Below are positions 18,486 through 27,299 of a stretch of 47,623 bases of DNA, in pieces. The notes under the pieces were generated by a model, which saw only the letters and a program-made list of their open reading frames with translations, was not told the origin of the DNA and ran no database searches. Within the stretch, counting starts at the first letter, position 1. Every line of letters starts with the position of its first letter. The stretch is taken from contig CAYISM010000003.1 in assembly GCA_964366085.1 (NCBI GenBank), positions 1 to 47,623 on the forward strand, given 5' to 3'. The position numbers and the translations under genes are program-made. This DNA is from an uncultured Gammaproteobacteria bacterium. Its GTDB lineage: Bacteria > Patescibacteriota > Microgenomatia > UBA8517.

Positions 18486-18516
18486 AACGACCCGAAAGAA
18501 GGTAAAATAGCCCACA

Positions 18517-18735
18517 ATGATAAAAATCAGACTAGATCGAGGAGGCGTTAGAAACAAGCCTTCCTATAGAATAGTTGCTGTTGACTCCAAGGCCAAAAAG
18601 GGGGGACGCGCACTGGATATATTGGGCCACTGGCATCCGAAACAAGATGACAAGGCAATTGATAAAGAGAAGCTAAATAAATGGGTCCAAAATGGAGCAC
18701 AAATATCTGCTGCGATTAAAAAACTAATACAATGA
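18517..18735 (+). CDS. rpsP: 30S ribosomal protein S16
   Basis: MIKIRL.R.G...PSYRIVAVD. Confidence 0.95.
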   Translation: MIKIRLDRGGVRNKPSYRIVAVDSKAKKGGRALDILGHWHPKQDDKAIDKEKLNKWVQNGAQISAAIKKLIQ

Positions 18736-18971
18736 AGGCACTACTTGAGTATATTTTAAAAGGAATAACAAACTCAGAAGAAATTTCTGTCGATGAGATA
18801 AAAGAGGCGGATAAAGTAAGTTTACTGATTCACGCCCCTAACGAGTTTGCGGGCTACATAATTGGGAAAGGCGGAAAAACAATAAGAGCTATCAGAAATA
18901 TCTTAAAGATAAAAGCGACTCTTGAAAAAACTGTCGTGAATGTAACTCTCGCCGACGAAGCTTCGAAGTAA
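18732..18971 (+). CDS. khpA: KH-domain RNA-binding protein (KhpA/YlqC family)
   Basis: IIGKGGKTIRAIR; lies directly after rpsP. Confidence 0.85.
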   Translation: MKALLEYILKGITNSEEISVDEIKEADKVSLLIHAPNEFAGYIIGKGGKTIRAIRNILKIKATLEKTVVNVTLADEASK

Positions 18972-18975
18972 CTTT

Positions 18976-19665
18976 CTATTTAAAAGGATCCCTCGCTACG
19001 CCTAGCGAAGGAACTGCTGTAACAAAAGAAGGTAGGGAGAAAGTGGAAAGTTTACCGAGTAACTCCCTTTCATTTTGGGTCAGATCATAAGACGGCTCGT
19101 TTATGGAAGGAATCTTTTGGGGAAGGGCAAACCAATACGCACTCACTGAAACTTCCGCTTTTGTGGATACTATACTTTGTGCAATCCTGACTTTATCAAG
19201 CGAAGTCAGGGGAGCAATTGTTCTTAACGAATTTAGAAAGACAAGAACCTGAGGAAATGTACCCGTAACTTCAAAGGTTAATTGTACGCTTGAAGAATCG
19301 CCCTTTGAGTTTTCTGCACCTGTTTTAAAATTGGTGATAGCTACTCCCTGAAGTGCGGCTAGACTCTTGTATTGAGAAACTGAAATGAGTACCGGATTTT
19401 TGTCCGGAACAATTAATGTAAATGAAGAAACCGCAGAGGCGGATAGTTGGTCAGAGATTTCTTGCAATATCGTTTGCTTCTGTTTTAAAATATTTTCGTT
19501 TTTGATATTTTCAGAAAGACTTCCTCTCTGCCCAATTACGGATCCAACCAAAAACTTAATAACTGAAATGGAAAGAAATAGAAGAACTAAAAACGTTGTC
19601 AGTGGCACAAGCATCGGTCTGAATTTGGACGGGACCATCTTTTTGAGGGATTCTAAATTCTTCAT
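18976..19665 (-). CDS. PilO-like type IV pilus assembly protein
   Basis: N-terminal TM, coiled coil, VTGTFPQVLVFLNSL; third gene of pilMNO. Confidence 0.65.
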   Translation of the reverse strand: MKNLESLKKMVPSKFRPMLVPLTTFLVLLFLSISVIKFLVGSVIGQRGSLSENIKNENILKQKQTILQEISDQLSASAVSSFTLIVPDKNPVLISVSQYKSLAALQGVAITNFKTGAENSKGDSSSVQLTFEVTGTFPQVLVFLNSLRTIAPLTSLDKVRIAQSIVSTKAEVSVSAYWFALPQKIPSINEPSYDLTQNERELLGKLSTFSLPSFVTAVPSLGVARDPFK

Positions 19666-19669
19666 GATT

Positions 19670-20209
19670 TCAAATATCTTTACTTGACAAATGTAAACCC
19701 GAAATAAAACCTAAACTCGGATTGTAATTGAAAGATATAAGTTCAACTCTCTTATATATACTCAAAGAAACTACCGTTGCAAGTAAACGACTTAACGAAA
19801 GTGAATTTGTTGTTAGAATTGAGATGTCAGTACCCTTTTCGGAAACTTCTACTTCTCCTACAACTACATCCTCGGGAAGTTGTGAATAAAAACCCTGCAA
19901 ATTTTGAACCTCATTTGAAACGAAATTTTTCTTTAGTATAGTTCCCGCCTTATCAATTCTGTCTTTTGCCAATACCAACCTTTGTTCCGTCTTTTCCAGG
20001 GATTTTATATTTGTAGTTAGTTTATTGTTACTTAAGCTTACTTGTCTAATCTGAATAGAGGTTACGAGAAGTATCGCTCCAATTATAGCCCCACCGGTAA
20101 AAAAAACGATTATGAGTAGAACATTTACTTTCCTTAAAGTATTCGCTATTTTTGCGATTGATCCCGTTGGTGCCAAATCAACAGGTAGAAGATTTATCGA
20201 GTTTCCCAT
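19670..20209 (-). CDS. PilN-like type IV pilus assembly protein
   Basis: INLLP motif, TM and coiled coil; follows pilM. Confidence 0.75.
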   Translation of the reverse strand: MGNSINLLPVDLAPTGSIAKIANTLRKVNVLLIIVFFTGGAIIGAILLVTSIQIRQVSLSNNKLTTNIKSLEKTEQRLVLAKDRIDKAGTILKKNFVSNEVQNLQGFYSQLPEDVVVGEVEVSEKGTDISILTTNSLSLSRLLATVVSLSIYKRVELISFNYNPSLGFISGLHLSSKDI

Positions 20210-20210
20210 C

Positions 20211-21227
20211 TTACTCTCCTTTCAAAGCTAAACCTACAGATATGGAATAAATAGGCGCATAAGGAGCTAGGGATTTTGATACCGATTCGTCTATCGACAC
20301 TCTGGAAAAGGGGTTAGCGACAATGACCTCAAGGCCTAACATTTTGGTTAAACCTGAAATTACCTCAGGCATTCTTGAAGTCCCGCCCGAAATAATTACT
20401 GTTTTCGGACTTTCTCCTTTCTCTTCCGACTGGTAAAAATGAATTGACTTCTTTATTTCATCAACCACTATTCTAAAAATTGGCTCTAATGCACCTCTGA
20501 CTTTTCCTTCCAGCGCACTTCCCGAAAGGCCATATGCCGTTTTATATTGCTCAGCCTGCTGATATTCAATTCCCAGATTTTGAGCAACGGCCCTTGTAAA
20601 AGCCTCTCCTGCGGTTGGAATAGATCGGGAAAAAACAAGCTGAGCATTTTTAGCAATAGCTATGTCCGTTGAACGGGCGCCAAAATCCGCAATTAAGACA
20701 GTTTGATTACCCGGCGCAAGAGCCCTTACCAAAGCCATTAGCTCCGTTTCAACTCCCATTACATTTAAGTTTGCCATCTGGGCAACCTTAACATATTTTT
20801 CAACCAACGCCCTGGGGGCAGCGACCAGAAGAACTATTACTTCCGGGGGAGTCGCATTTTCTCTTCTTTCAACTAACTGGTGTTGAACAATTGCCTCAGA
20901 AAGTGGAATCGGTATGTATTGTTCTGCTTCCCATTTAACCGCGGAGTCAATTTCATTGTCTGAGAGCGGGGGAAACTTTATGGTTCTTGTAAACACAAGT
21001 TGTTCCGGAAGAGCGATTGATACCTCTTTAGACGAAACTTTTACTTCTTTAAAAAATTTTCTTAAAGTGTCGGATAAACCTACATATTCCTTCTCGTCCT
21101 GAATTTTGTCAATAGAATTTCCCGCGTATCCCACTATACCGGATGCTCTCAATTTCCAAGTGTTCCCTTCCTTTGAAAGCTCTACAACTTTTATTGTTTT
21201 ACTGCCTATGTCAAGTCCAACGCTCAT
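20211..21227 (-). CDS. pilM: Type IV pilus assembly protein PilM
   Basis: VGLDIGSKTIKVVEL, EAEQYIP, DFGARST, SGGTS; actin-like fold motifs. Confidence 0.92.
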   Translation of the reverse strand: MSVGLDIGSKTIKVVELSKEGNTWKLRASGIVGYAGNSIDKIQDEKEYVGLSDTLRKFFKEVKVSSKEVSIALPEQLVFTRTIKFPPLSDNEIDSAVKWEAEQYIPIPLSEAIVQHQLVERRENATPPEVIVLLVAAPRALVEKYVKVAQMANLNVMGVETELMALVRALAPGNQTVLIADFGARSTDIAIAKNAQLVFSRSIPTAGEAFTRAVAQNLGIEYQQAEQYKTAYGLSGSALEGKVRGALEPIFRIVVDEIKKSIHFYQSEEKGESPKTVIISGGTSRMPEVISGLTKMLGLEVIVANPFSRVSIDESVSKSLAPYAPIYSISVGLALKGE

Positions 21228-22117
21228 TTGGTTAATCCTCCCGGACTAAAAACCGCTGCATCAAAAATTGGCGGCAAATCAGGAAAAAGGCGGTAAACTT
21301 CAACCTTACGGCTGGACTCTCCGGAAGTTCCGGTCGACTCAATTTTTTTGCCTTGAGTGGGTAAAATACCTACTCCGGAATCTACTCCTACCGGTTGAGG
21401 AGATAAACTATTATAAATCATGCGGATTCTTGTCATCTGTAAACCGTTTTGAGTATTATAGACAGATGCGCCAATTCCCAAAGACGAAAAGTTGATTGTT
21501 TTTTGAAACTGAAAAGTTTTACCGTTAATTGTACAAGTACCGGCGTCAGGAGCCGAAAAATTATTTGCAGGGCTTCTTGATGTGTAAGGGTCAATTGCGG
21601 TTCTTGCTATCTTCATAGTTGAGTAATCACCGGGACTTGTTGTGTAAAGAACTGTTACTTCCACGGCCGGCGTAGTGGCCTGATTGCTGGGAGTTCCTGC
21701 TTCTCGCGAGCAAACTTTCATCTCACTTCGCGAAAAAATAGGGTATTTGGCACTAGATAACAATGAACCGGTATCATCGTGATTTACGAACCAGATGGTA
21801 GCGGTATCCCCGGAAATAATGTCTTGAGGAAACACAAAATTTGTGGCACCTGAGGCAAAATTAGAGACTGTCGCGTTAATAATTGCTCCCTCTGCCCCGA
21901 TTGACTCACTTATTATTGAGGCTCCTTGTGATAAGGCCTTTTCAATTCCGGCCTCAGCCGCCGAAAAAGCCCGTAAGGCATTTTCTTCCCTGGAAGATAA
22001 GGATATATCCGAAACCGATCTTGCCACAACAGACAGAACAATTGTTAAAACCACGGCCATCGAAAGAAGAACCAAAAGAAGGGTCTGACCTCGACTATTT
22101 TTAGGCAGAAACTTCAT
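21224..22117 (-). CDS. PilX-like minor pilin
   Basis: RG|QTLLLVLL (no Glu5) and AFSAAEAGIE. Confidence 0.8.
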   Translation of the reverse strand: MKFLPKNSRGQTLLLVLLSMAVVLTIVLSVVARSVSDISLSSREENALRAFSAAEAGIEKALSQGASIISESIGAEGAIINATVSNFASGATNFVFPQDIISGDTATIWFVNHDDTGSLLSSAKYPIFSRSEMKVCSREAGTPSNQATTPAVEVTVLYTTSPGDYSTMKIARTAIDPYTSRSPANNFSAPDAGTCTINGKTFQFQKTINFSSLGIGASVYNTQNGLQMTRIRMIYNSLSPQPVGVDSGVGILPTQGKKIESTGTSGESSRKVEVYRLFPDLPPIFDAAVFSPGGLTK

Positions 22118-22130
22118 AACAAATTCAGTT

Positions 22131-22189
22131 TATACCCAAAATACTTTGATTTGCAATCATGAGTAGCATTTTGGGGGATCAAAATCACT
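22131..22189 (-). repeat. Half copy of the ERIC-like palindromic element (inverted relative to 27299-27392)
   Basis: 22129-22189 is the reverse complement of 27334-27394 with 1 mismatch in 61 nt. Confidence 0.85.
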
Positions 22190-22190
22190 C

Positions 22191-22310
22191 CGTGAACTCG
22201 AGGCCCCGTCGTCAGGATTCGTATGGGTGCATAACTGGGTGCTCTTTATCCTGTACACCATGTGGGTCTGGCCTCTGGCGCACCTGTTCTTCGACTTCGA
22301 TGCATGGTGA
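22191..22310 (+). pseudogene. 3' fragment of a GC-rich membrane-protein gene (cassette remnant)
   Basis: Frame reads ...ELEAPSSGFVWVHNWVLFILYTMWVWPLAHLFFDFDAW*. No start at its 5' boundary; followed by a cassette-type trailer and terminator. Confidence 0.5.
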
Positions 22311-22341
22311 AAGACGAACAATAGAAGTGCAAGTAACCAAA

Positions 22342-22387
22342 CGCCTGATATGGGTAAACAACATACCCCTCTATCAGGCGCTTTTTT
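22342..22387 (+). terminator. Terminator with inner hairpin (cassette type)
   Basis: CGCCTGATA...TATCAGGCG plus T6; inner GGGTA/TACCC. Confidence 0.7.
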
Positions 22388-22437
22388 GGGAAAATTAATG
22401 ACATCCTCCGAGCTTAGCTCGGTGTTCTTGAAATCTG

Positions 22438-22866
22438 TTATGAACTTCGCAGGTACTGCAAGAATCTCGCGGGGGTGAGGAGGAGCAGATCGAAGTCCGA
22501 CTTGATCCTGTCGATCTTGAAGTGCTTCAGATTGTACGAAATGAGAAATTTCGTTTTTGCTCTCATTGCCCCCGCAATGATATGAGCGTCATTTTGATCC
22601 GTGACGTATCTTCCGTATTGCTCTTTTACTCGCTTGAGTGTGGTGTTGAGCCTGATAACATTGAATTTTCTTTGCACAAGATCATCGAGCGCGTGTTGAT
22701 TTATTCCCAATCGTTCGACCACCATCGTCAACTCCTTGTACGATACGTCAGAGATAACCGGCTTGAGCGCAGGGTTGTTGATGCAGAAGAATGCCGCGCC
22801 AGAACTGGAGAGTAAAGAAGAAACAACCACATCGGAGTCCACAAAAACCGGAAGCGATTGCTTCAT
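22438..22866 (-). CDS. PIN-domain protein (putative VapC-like toxin)
   Basis: VFVDSDVVVS, DQNDAHI and LISYNLKHF motifs. Confidence 0.85.
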   Translation of the reverse strand: MKQSLPVFVDSDVVVSSLLSSSGAAFFCINNPALKPVISDVSYKELTMVVERLGINQHALDDLVQRKFNVIRLNTTLKRVKEQYGRYVTDQNDAHIIAGAMRAKTKFLISYNLKHFKIDRIKSDFDLLLLTPARFLQYLRSS

Positions 22867-23117
22867 AGAGCGGTTCTTACACGAGACAACTCTTCTTGGA
22901 TGCGAGGAAGCTGTTCTCTGTCTTTTTGCTCTGCCTGATATACATCCTCGTCAAGCCCGGTAAAAGCAAAAAAGATAGACGAAGCCGGAATTCTGTACAC
23001 ATTCCCAATTTTTTTTGCCACGATTTCCCCACGGCTAATGAGTCCGTAGATAGTATTCTTAGAGAGTTGCAGGATTTGTGCTACTTGTTCCGGCGTGTAT
23101 ACTTTTGGGCTAATCAT
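22863..23117 (-). CDS. Excisionase-like HTH DNA-binding protein (putative antitoxin)
   Basis: YTPEQVAQILQLSKNTIYGLI.RGEI.A.KIG..YRI; ATGA-coupled to the PIN gene. Confidence 0.8.
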   Translation of the reverse strand: MISPKVYTPEQVAQILQLSKNTIYGLISRGEIVAKKIGNVYRIPASSIFFAFTGLDEDVYQAEQKDREQLPRIQEELSRVRTAL

Positions 23118-23123
23118 ATCTTC

Positions 23124-23152
23124 TTTATACCAAACAGTACTATATTTGTCAA
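23124..23152 (-). promoter_or_regulatory. Promoter of the HTH-PIN pair (likely leaderless)
   Basis: TTGACA-17 nt-TATAAA, 6 nt before the ATG. Confidence 0.7.
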
Positions 23153-23214
23153 TACTCATCAGAACATGATCTACCGTGTTGAAGATCTCTTAGCGTGAAT
23201 CGTTTGTATTTGTG

Positions 23215-23242
23215 CACTTTAACACACTAGTGTGTTAAAGTG
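23215..23242. repeat. Perfect 28-bp palindrome
   Basis: CACTTTAACACACT|AGTGTGTTAAAGTG. Confidence 0.85.
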
Positions 23243-23263
23243 TGAAGAGCAAAAAACTTTTCC

Positions 23264-23740
23264 TTAATAAGTCCTTAAGAAAATCTGGGTTTTGGAGGTC
23301 ACTTGAGAAGATGACGGCCCAGAAACATTCTGGGGCTTCGCCGTAATATCAAGTGTTACATAGGGCGTAATCTTGGGATCGGTTTGTATACACGCAATCG
23401 TACATGAGCTTATTGTTACATCGGTTGAAGTTAGCCTTGCAGAGCCGGAAGCGATGTAGCCTGCGCTGCCTACGTCTGAGCAAGAAAAGTAAGTAGAAAT
23501 CCCATTCTGGTCTTTATAATCTACTCTGGTTGTACTCGGACAAGAAACGCTTGTTGCATTTCTGATTTGCCTCTCCACTACTGCAATGGCGTAATCAAGG
23601 TTTTCTTTCACTTTTCCCAAAGATTCTGACTTTTTACTACCCTGCAAAGTAATTATTATCGTTTGTGAGGAAATAACAGCTAGGACAGAAAATACGGCCA
23701 AAACAACCAACATCTCAAGAAGTGTAAATCCGTTCTTCAT
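23264..23740 (-). CDS. Minor pilin (PilW-like)
   Basis: MKNG|FTLLEMLVVL prepilin motif. Confidence 0.85.
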   Translation of the reverse strand: MKNGFTLLEMLVVLAVFSVLAVISSQTIIITLQGSKKSESLGKVKENLDYAIAVVERQIRNATSVSCPSTTRVDYKDQNGISTYFSCSDVGSAGYIASGSARLTSTDVTISSCTIACIQTDPKITPYVTLDITAKPQNVSGPSSSQVTSKTQIFLRTY

Positions 23741-24207
23741 TGTGTTTTCCAATTCGTAAAAAAAGTATCAGATTTTATGTCATGTATTCCTTGTGCATCG
23801 CTCCATGTAACTTTTATATTTGCCGATACCATATCATTTAAGGAATCATAACTTATACTTACCTCTCTTAGAAAAATTCCGGTTTGTGAAATATAATCAG
23901 CGCTCGAGCACGAACTGGCAACGGCCGGCCAGGAAGGCGGGGAGGAGCTTACACACCAAGTACCTATTTTTGTAATGAAAGTTGTCCAATCAGAGTCCCT
24001 TTGTCCCCTTAACCACTCCGTAGCCTCCTGTGAGTAACGTGTGGCTAGAGTGCTATTTCTGGCAAACGAAGTATTCCTAATCGATACGGCACCCAAGCTA
24101 ACGAGGGCGACAAGGATCAAAGTAACTATTCCCAATGCCAATATTATTTCAAAAAGAGACTGTCCGTCCTCTCTGACTTTTGACTTTTGACTTTTGACTT
24201 TTATTAT
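23737..24207 (-). CDS. Minor pilin (PilV-like), apparent ATA start
   Basis: The frame extends upstream of the tracked ORF to IIKVKSQKSKVREDG|QSLFEIILALG. Confidence 0.7.
   Translation of the reverse strand: MIKVKSQKSKVREDGQSLFEIILALGIVTLILVALVSLGAVSIRNTSFARNSTLATRYSQEATEWLRGQRDSDWTTFITKIGTWCVSSSPPSWPAVASSCSSADYISQTGIFLREVSISYDSLNDMVSANIKVTWSDAQGIHDIKSDTFFTNWKTQ
24174..24201. repeat. (TGACTTT)x4 heptamer repeat in prepilin leader
   Basis: Four perfect copies. Confidence 0.9.
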
Positions 24208-24683
24208 TGTATTTCTCCTCCGCCCGTAACCGAAACTGTAATTGCGTAGTTTGCCTGAGTCAAAGTTACGACAATAGAAGCGGTTTGTCCGGCAGGAATA
24301 TTGGTTCCCTGGGCAACCGCTTTAAACAAAATAGGGTTAGGCGAAGGAGAACTAATACTTATACCCACATTCGCTAAATCAACCGTTTTTGTTGTTGTAT
24401 TTCCGTTACCGCATACTCCTTCAAGCTCGTAAGCAGTTATCGAAGCTACTCTGAAGTTATAACCTATTAAAATATCACAGCCGGACGGTTTGTCACCGGA
24501 AAGCGCGCGTGATTGGGCAATTCTCAAATCCGATCTAATTTTCCTTGCAACACTTTCAACAGACTGGCGCCTTGAAAATTCTCTAAAATTCACATAGCCG
24601 ATGGCAAACAAAATCCCGACTATCGTAATGCTTACAAGAAGCTCCACAAATGTAAAAGCTTCATTTAAATTATCATTCCGCAT
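24204..24683 (-). CDS. Minor pilin (FimT/GspH-like)
   Basis: EA|FTFVELLVSI, SDLRIAQSRALSG. Confidence 0.85.
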   Translation of the reverse strand: MRNDNLNEAFTFVELLVSITIVGILFAIGYVNFREFSRRQSVESVARKIRSDLRIAQSRALSGDKPSGCDILIGYNFRVASITAYELEGVCGNGNTTTKTVDLANVGISISSPSPNPILFKAVAQGTNIPAGQTASIVVTLTQANYAITVSVTGGGEIQ

Positions 24684-24687
24684 TAAT

Positions 24688-25167
24688 TTAGGGATTTATA
24701 ACTTTGTAATTACAGGCAACTGAGCTTCCGCAGTTACTGGTTCCCCCACAAGTTACCGTACCTGACCCTTGTTCAAGGGCCGCACAAAGTTCGTAAGTAG
24801 TAGTCGTTAATCTAACGTAAAGATAAGTTCTTGAGGGGTTTAACGGATCGCCAGGAGTAGAGGAGATATAAACATTGGTTGTTGCACAAGTTGTAGGAGT
24901 TCCGCTTCCAATAAGTTGGGACCCGACTGCCGGCAGTGATGCCGGATACACATTACAATCGGATTTGTAGATTTCAAAGCCTGATTTTATAAATTCCAGA
25001 TCAGCCTTTCTTTTGGCATCACGAGAAGATTCTCTGGCTCCTTGAATCCCAAAAATCGAAAGTCCTATCAAAATTCCCAAGATGGAAATAACCACTAAAA
25101 GTTCAATCAGGGTAAAGCCAAAATTAATGGTTAATGGTTGATGGTTAATGGTTGATTTTTTATTCAT
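24688..25167 (-). CDS. Type IV pilin (GspG-like)
   Basis: G|FTLIELLVVI, SRDAKRKADL. Confidence 0.88.
   Translation of the reverse strand: MNKKSTINHQPLTINFGFTLIELLVVISILGILIGLSIFGIQGARESSRDAKRKADLEFIKSGFEIYKSDCNVYPASLPAVGSQLIGSGTPTTCATTNVYISSTPGDPLNPSRTYLYVRLTTTTYELCAALEQGSGTVTCGGTSNCGSSVACNYKVINP
25124..25156. repeat. TT(A/G)ATGG heptamer repeat in prepilin leader
   Basis: About 4.7 copies. Confidence 0.85.
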
Positions 25168-25644
25168 TTAGATCGGGCAGGTACTACTGTAAGGTGCAGA
25201 AACTGAAACTGCCGATTTACCGTTTGAACAAACGACCCAAAATCCTGTTGTATTTTCTAGGCTCGCCCACAGTACATATTTTGTTCCCGAGGCAGAACCG
25301 GCCACACCGGATCCGTCGCTGATATAGTAATAGAAGTATGTAGGATCTTTTGGATCTTTGGGGCAAGTTGTAAGAGCCAGATCGTTACAAAGCGTAGTTG
25401 AAGCTACAGTTGCGGATGTCCTTTGAGGATAAAAGCCGTTACTCTTATTGGCATAAGCCTCTAAAGAATTTTGATATTGTTTCAGATCAGATTTTCTTTG
25501 AGTGTCTCTTGCCTGTTTTTGGCTTCCGCCAAATGATACAAGAACAATTGACGCCAAAATCCCCAAAACAGAAATAACAACCAAAAGCTCAACCAAGGTA
25601 AAACCATGGTTGATGGTTAAGCTATCTTTTTTCATTTTAATCAT
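25168..25644 (-). CDS. Type IV pilin (GspG-like)
   Basis: G|FTLVELLVVI, ARDTQRKSDL. Confidence 0.88.
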   Translation of the reverse strand: MIKMKKDSLTINHGFTLVELLVVISVLGILASIVLVSFGGSQKQARDTQRKSDLKQYQNSLEAYANKSNGFYPQRTSATVASTTLCNDLALTTCPKDPKDPTYFYYYISDGSGVAGSASGTKYVLWASLENTTGFWVVCSNGKSAVSVSAPYSSTCPI

Positions 25645-25651
25645 TAGTCAT

Positions 25652-26161
25652 TTATTGTTGGACAATATACAAACACCCTCCAAGCGTTGTATTACACCAC
25701 GATTCGGTCGTACTGTTGCATTTATCATCACTCGCATTTTCCAAACAAGCTTTTAGGGTAAAAGAGTCACCGTCTGTCTGTGCGTAGCGATAATCTCGGC
25801 TTGGCGATAGAGGATCTTTTGATAATACCGACATATATGTTTGGCTACCTGATACAAATGAGCCTCCCCAGGAACACAAAGTTACAGATGAACACGTAGA
25901 TTGTATTCCACAGCCGAGTATCTGAAAAGTAGAGTTGCTACAGGGATAGTTACCTTTATCGTTATAGTATATCCTCAAAGCGGTTTCTATATTTTTCAAG
26001 TCCGACTTCCTTTGTGCATCGCGTCCCCTCTCTCTCGCAACATTCAGATTTGCCAAAAAAAGAGTGGCAAGAATTCCAATGAGGGAAATCACCACCAAAA
26101 GCTCAACAAGGGTAAAACCCTTGTAACTGTTAACTGTTAACTGTTTACTGTTTACTGTCAT
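25652..26161 (-). CDS. Type IV pilin (GspG-like)
   Basis: G|FTLVELLVVI, GRDAQRKSDL. Confidence 0.88.
   Translation of the reverse strand: MTVNSKQLTVNSYKGFTLVELLVVISLIGILATLFLANLNVARERGRDAQRKSDLKNIETALRIYYNDKGNYPCSNSTFQILGCGIQSTCSSVTLCSWGGSFVSGSQTYMSVLSKDPLSPSRDYRYAQTDGDSFTLKACLENASDDKCNSTTESWCNTTLGGCLYIVQQ
26124..26158. repeat. T(A/T)ACTGT x5 heptamer repeat in prepilin leader
   Basis: Five copies directly after the ATG. Confidence 0.9.
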
Positions 26162-26721
26162 TCTGTTGCTTTTACGTTTGCGCTCGTTATTGAAAAATTA
26201 CAATTATAATTTCCACACGAATAAGAAACCGGATTTACGCAATTATTGTTTATACAATCCTGATCTTGTGAATTTTCAAGTCTCGCAAATAGCTGAAACT
26301 TTTGATTGGAAGATAAAACTCTGTAATAATATGTTTGGTTTTTTCCAGGATCAGCCGGAACTTCTTTAAAGTAAACTGTTTTCCCGTCTGTAAATTCAGC
26401 CGAACCCCAACTGCAAGCTGTCCCGTTTCCGACCGCTGGATCATAAGGACATCCTGCTATCGAATTGCTAAGTGAGCCGGGGTACTTACTATAGTCCGAA
26501 TAAAAAAGTTCCAGCGCTGAGGTCAATTGTTTTAAATCCGATTTTCTCTGCGCATCTCTTCCTCTCATCTGTGCGCTTTGAAATCCTCCGGTAATAAGAG
26601 TTGCCAAAATTCCTATTATGGACATAACAACCAAAAGCTCAACAAGGGTAAAGCCTCCGGCTTCACCCGAATCGTGAAGCACGAATAATGAATTATGTTT
26701 TATTCCTAATTCCTGATTCAT
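26158..26721 (-). CDS. Type IV pilin (GspG-like)
   Basis: G|FTLVELLVVM, GRDAQRKSDL. Confidence 0.88.
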   Translation of the reverse strand: MNQELGIKHNSLFVLHDSGEAGGFTLVELLVVMSIIGILATLITGGFQSAQMRGRDAQRKSDLKQLTSALELFYSDYSKYPGSLSNSIAGCPYDPAVGNGTACSWGSAEFTDGKTVYFKEVPADPGKNQTYYYRVLSSNQKFQLFARLENSQDQDCINNNCVNPVSYSCGNYNCNFSITSANVKATE

Positions 26722-27299
26722 AATTCCTGATTTTTCTTCTCCATTTCATTCTCATATTCTTCTATCGATTTATCAAGTGGGAGAGCTCCGGATGCAAGTC
26801 CAAAATTGCATATTTTTATTCCACAGGATAGTTTCCTTGCCTCTATTTTCAAATCATATTCAGCCTCATCACGCCCTTCGAGAGCCGCATATATCTGATA
26901 TTTTTTCCCGTTTGATAAGTAATAATAACTTGCACCTTTATCTTTGTCAGGATCATAAGGAATTTTAGAAAGATAGGGTAGGTAAGAAGGATCTGAAATA
27001 TCAATTAGTGAATCAATTGCCCATTCACACGCTTTAAACTCATAGGTTCCTGTAGTACTGTTAATTTCACCTCTACATGCAACAATTTTTCCGCCTTCTG
27101 ATAGGGGAAAGAAACCAAAGTCGTTTTGATATTTATTAAGAGAATCACTGATGGATCTTACATCGCTTTTTCTTTGTGCGTCCCTTGCCCTTCTTATAGA
27201 AACTCTAAGGTTAACCGAAAAGACCAAAAATACGGCAATAAGAATTATTAAAATTCCTATTATTTCCTCGTTAGTCATATTTAAAAACTTTTTTAACAT
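26718..27299 (-). CDS. Pilin-like protein with degenerate cleavage motif
   Basis: TM followed by ARDAQRKSDV, like neighbouring pilins, but no G|FxxxE. Confidence 0.75.
   Translation of the reverse strand: MLKKFLNMTNEEIIGILIILIAVFLVFSVNLRVSIRRARDAQRKSDVRSISDSLNKYQNDFGFFPLSEGGKIVACRGEINSTTGTYEFKACEWAIDSLIDISDPSYLPYLSKIPYDPDKDKGASYYYLSNGKKYQIYAALEGRDEAEYDLKIEARKLSCGIKICNFGLASGALPLDKSIEEYENEMEKKNQEL

Noticed and set aside
22159-22398. 79-aa plus-strand ORF in the track
   Set aside because: It starts inside the ERIC-like repeat and runs through a terminator. A different frame (22191-22310) looks more protein-like.
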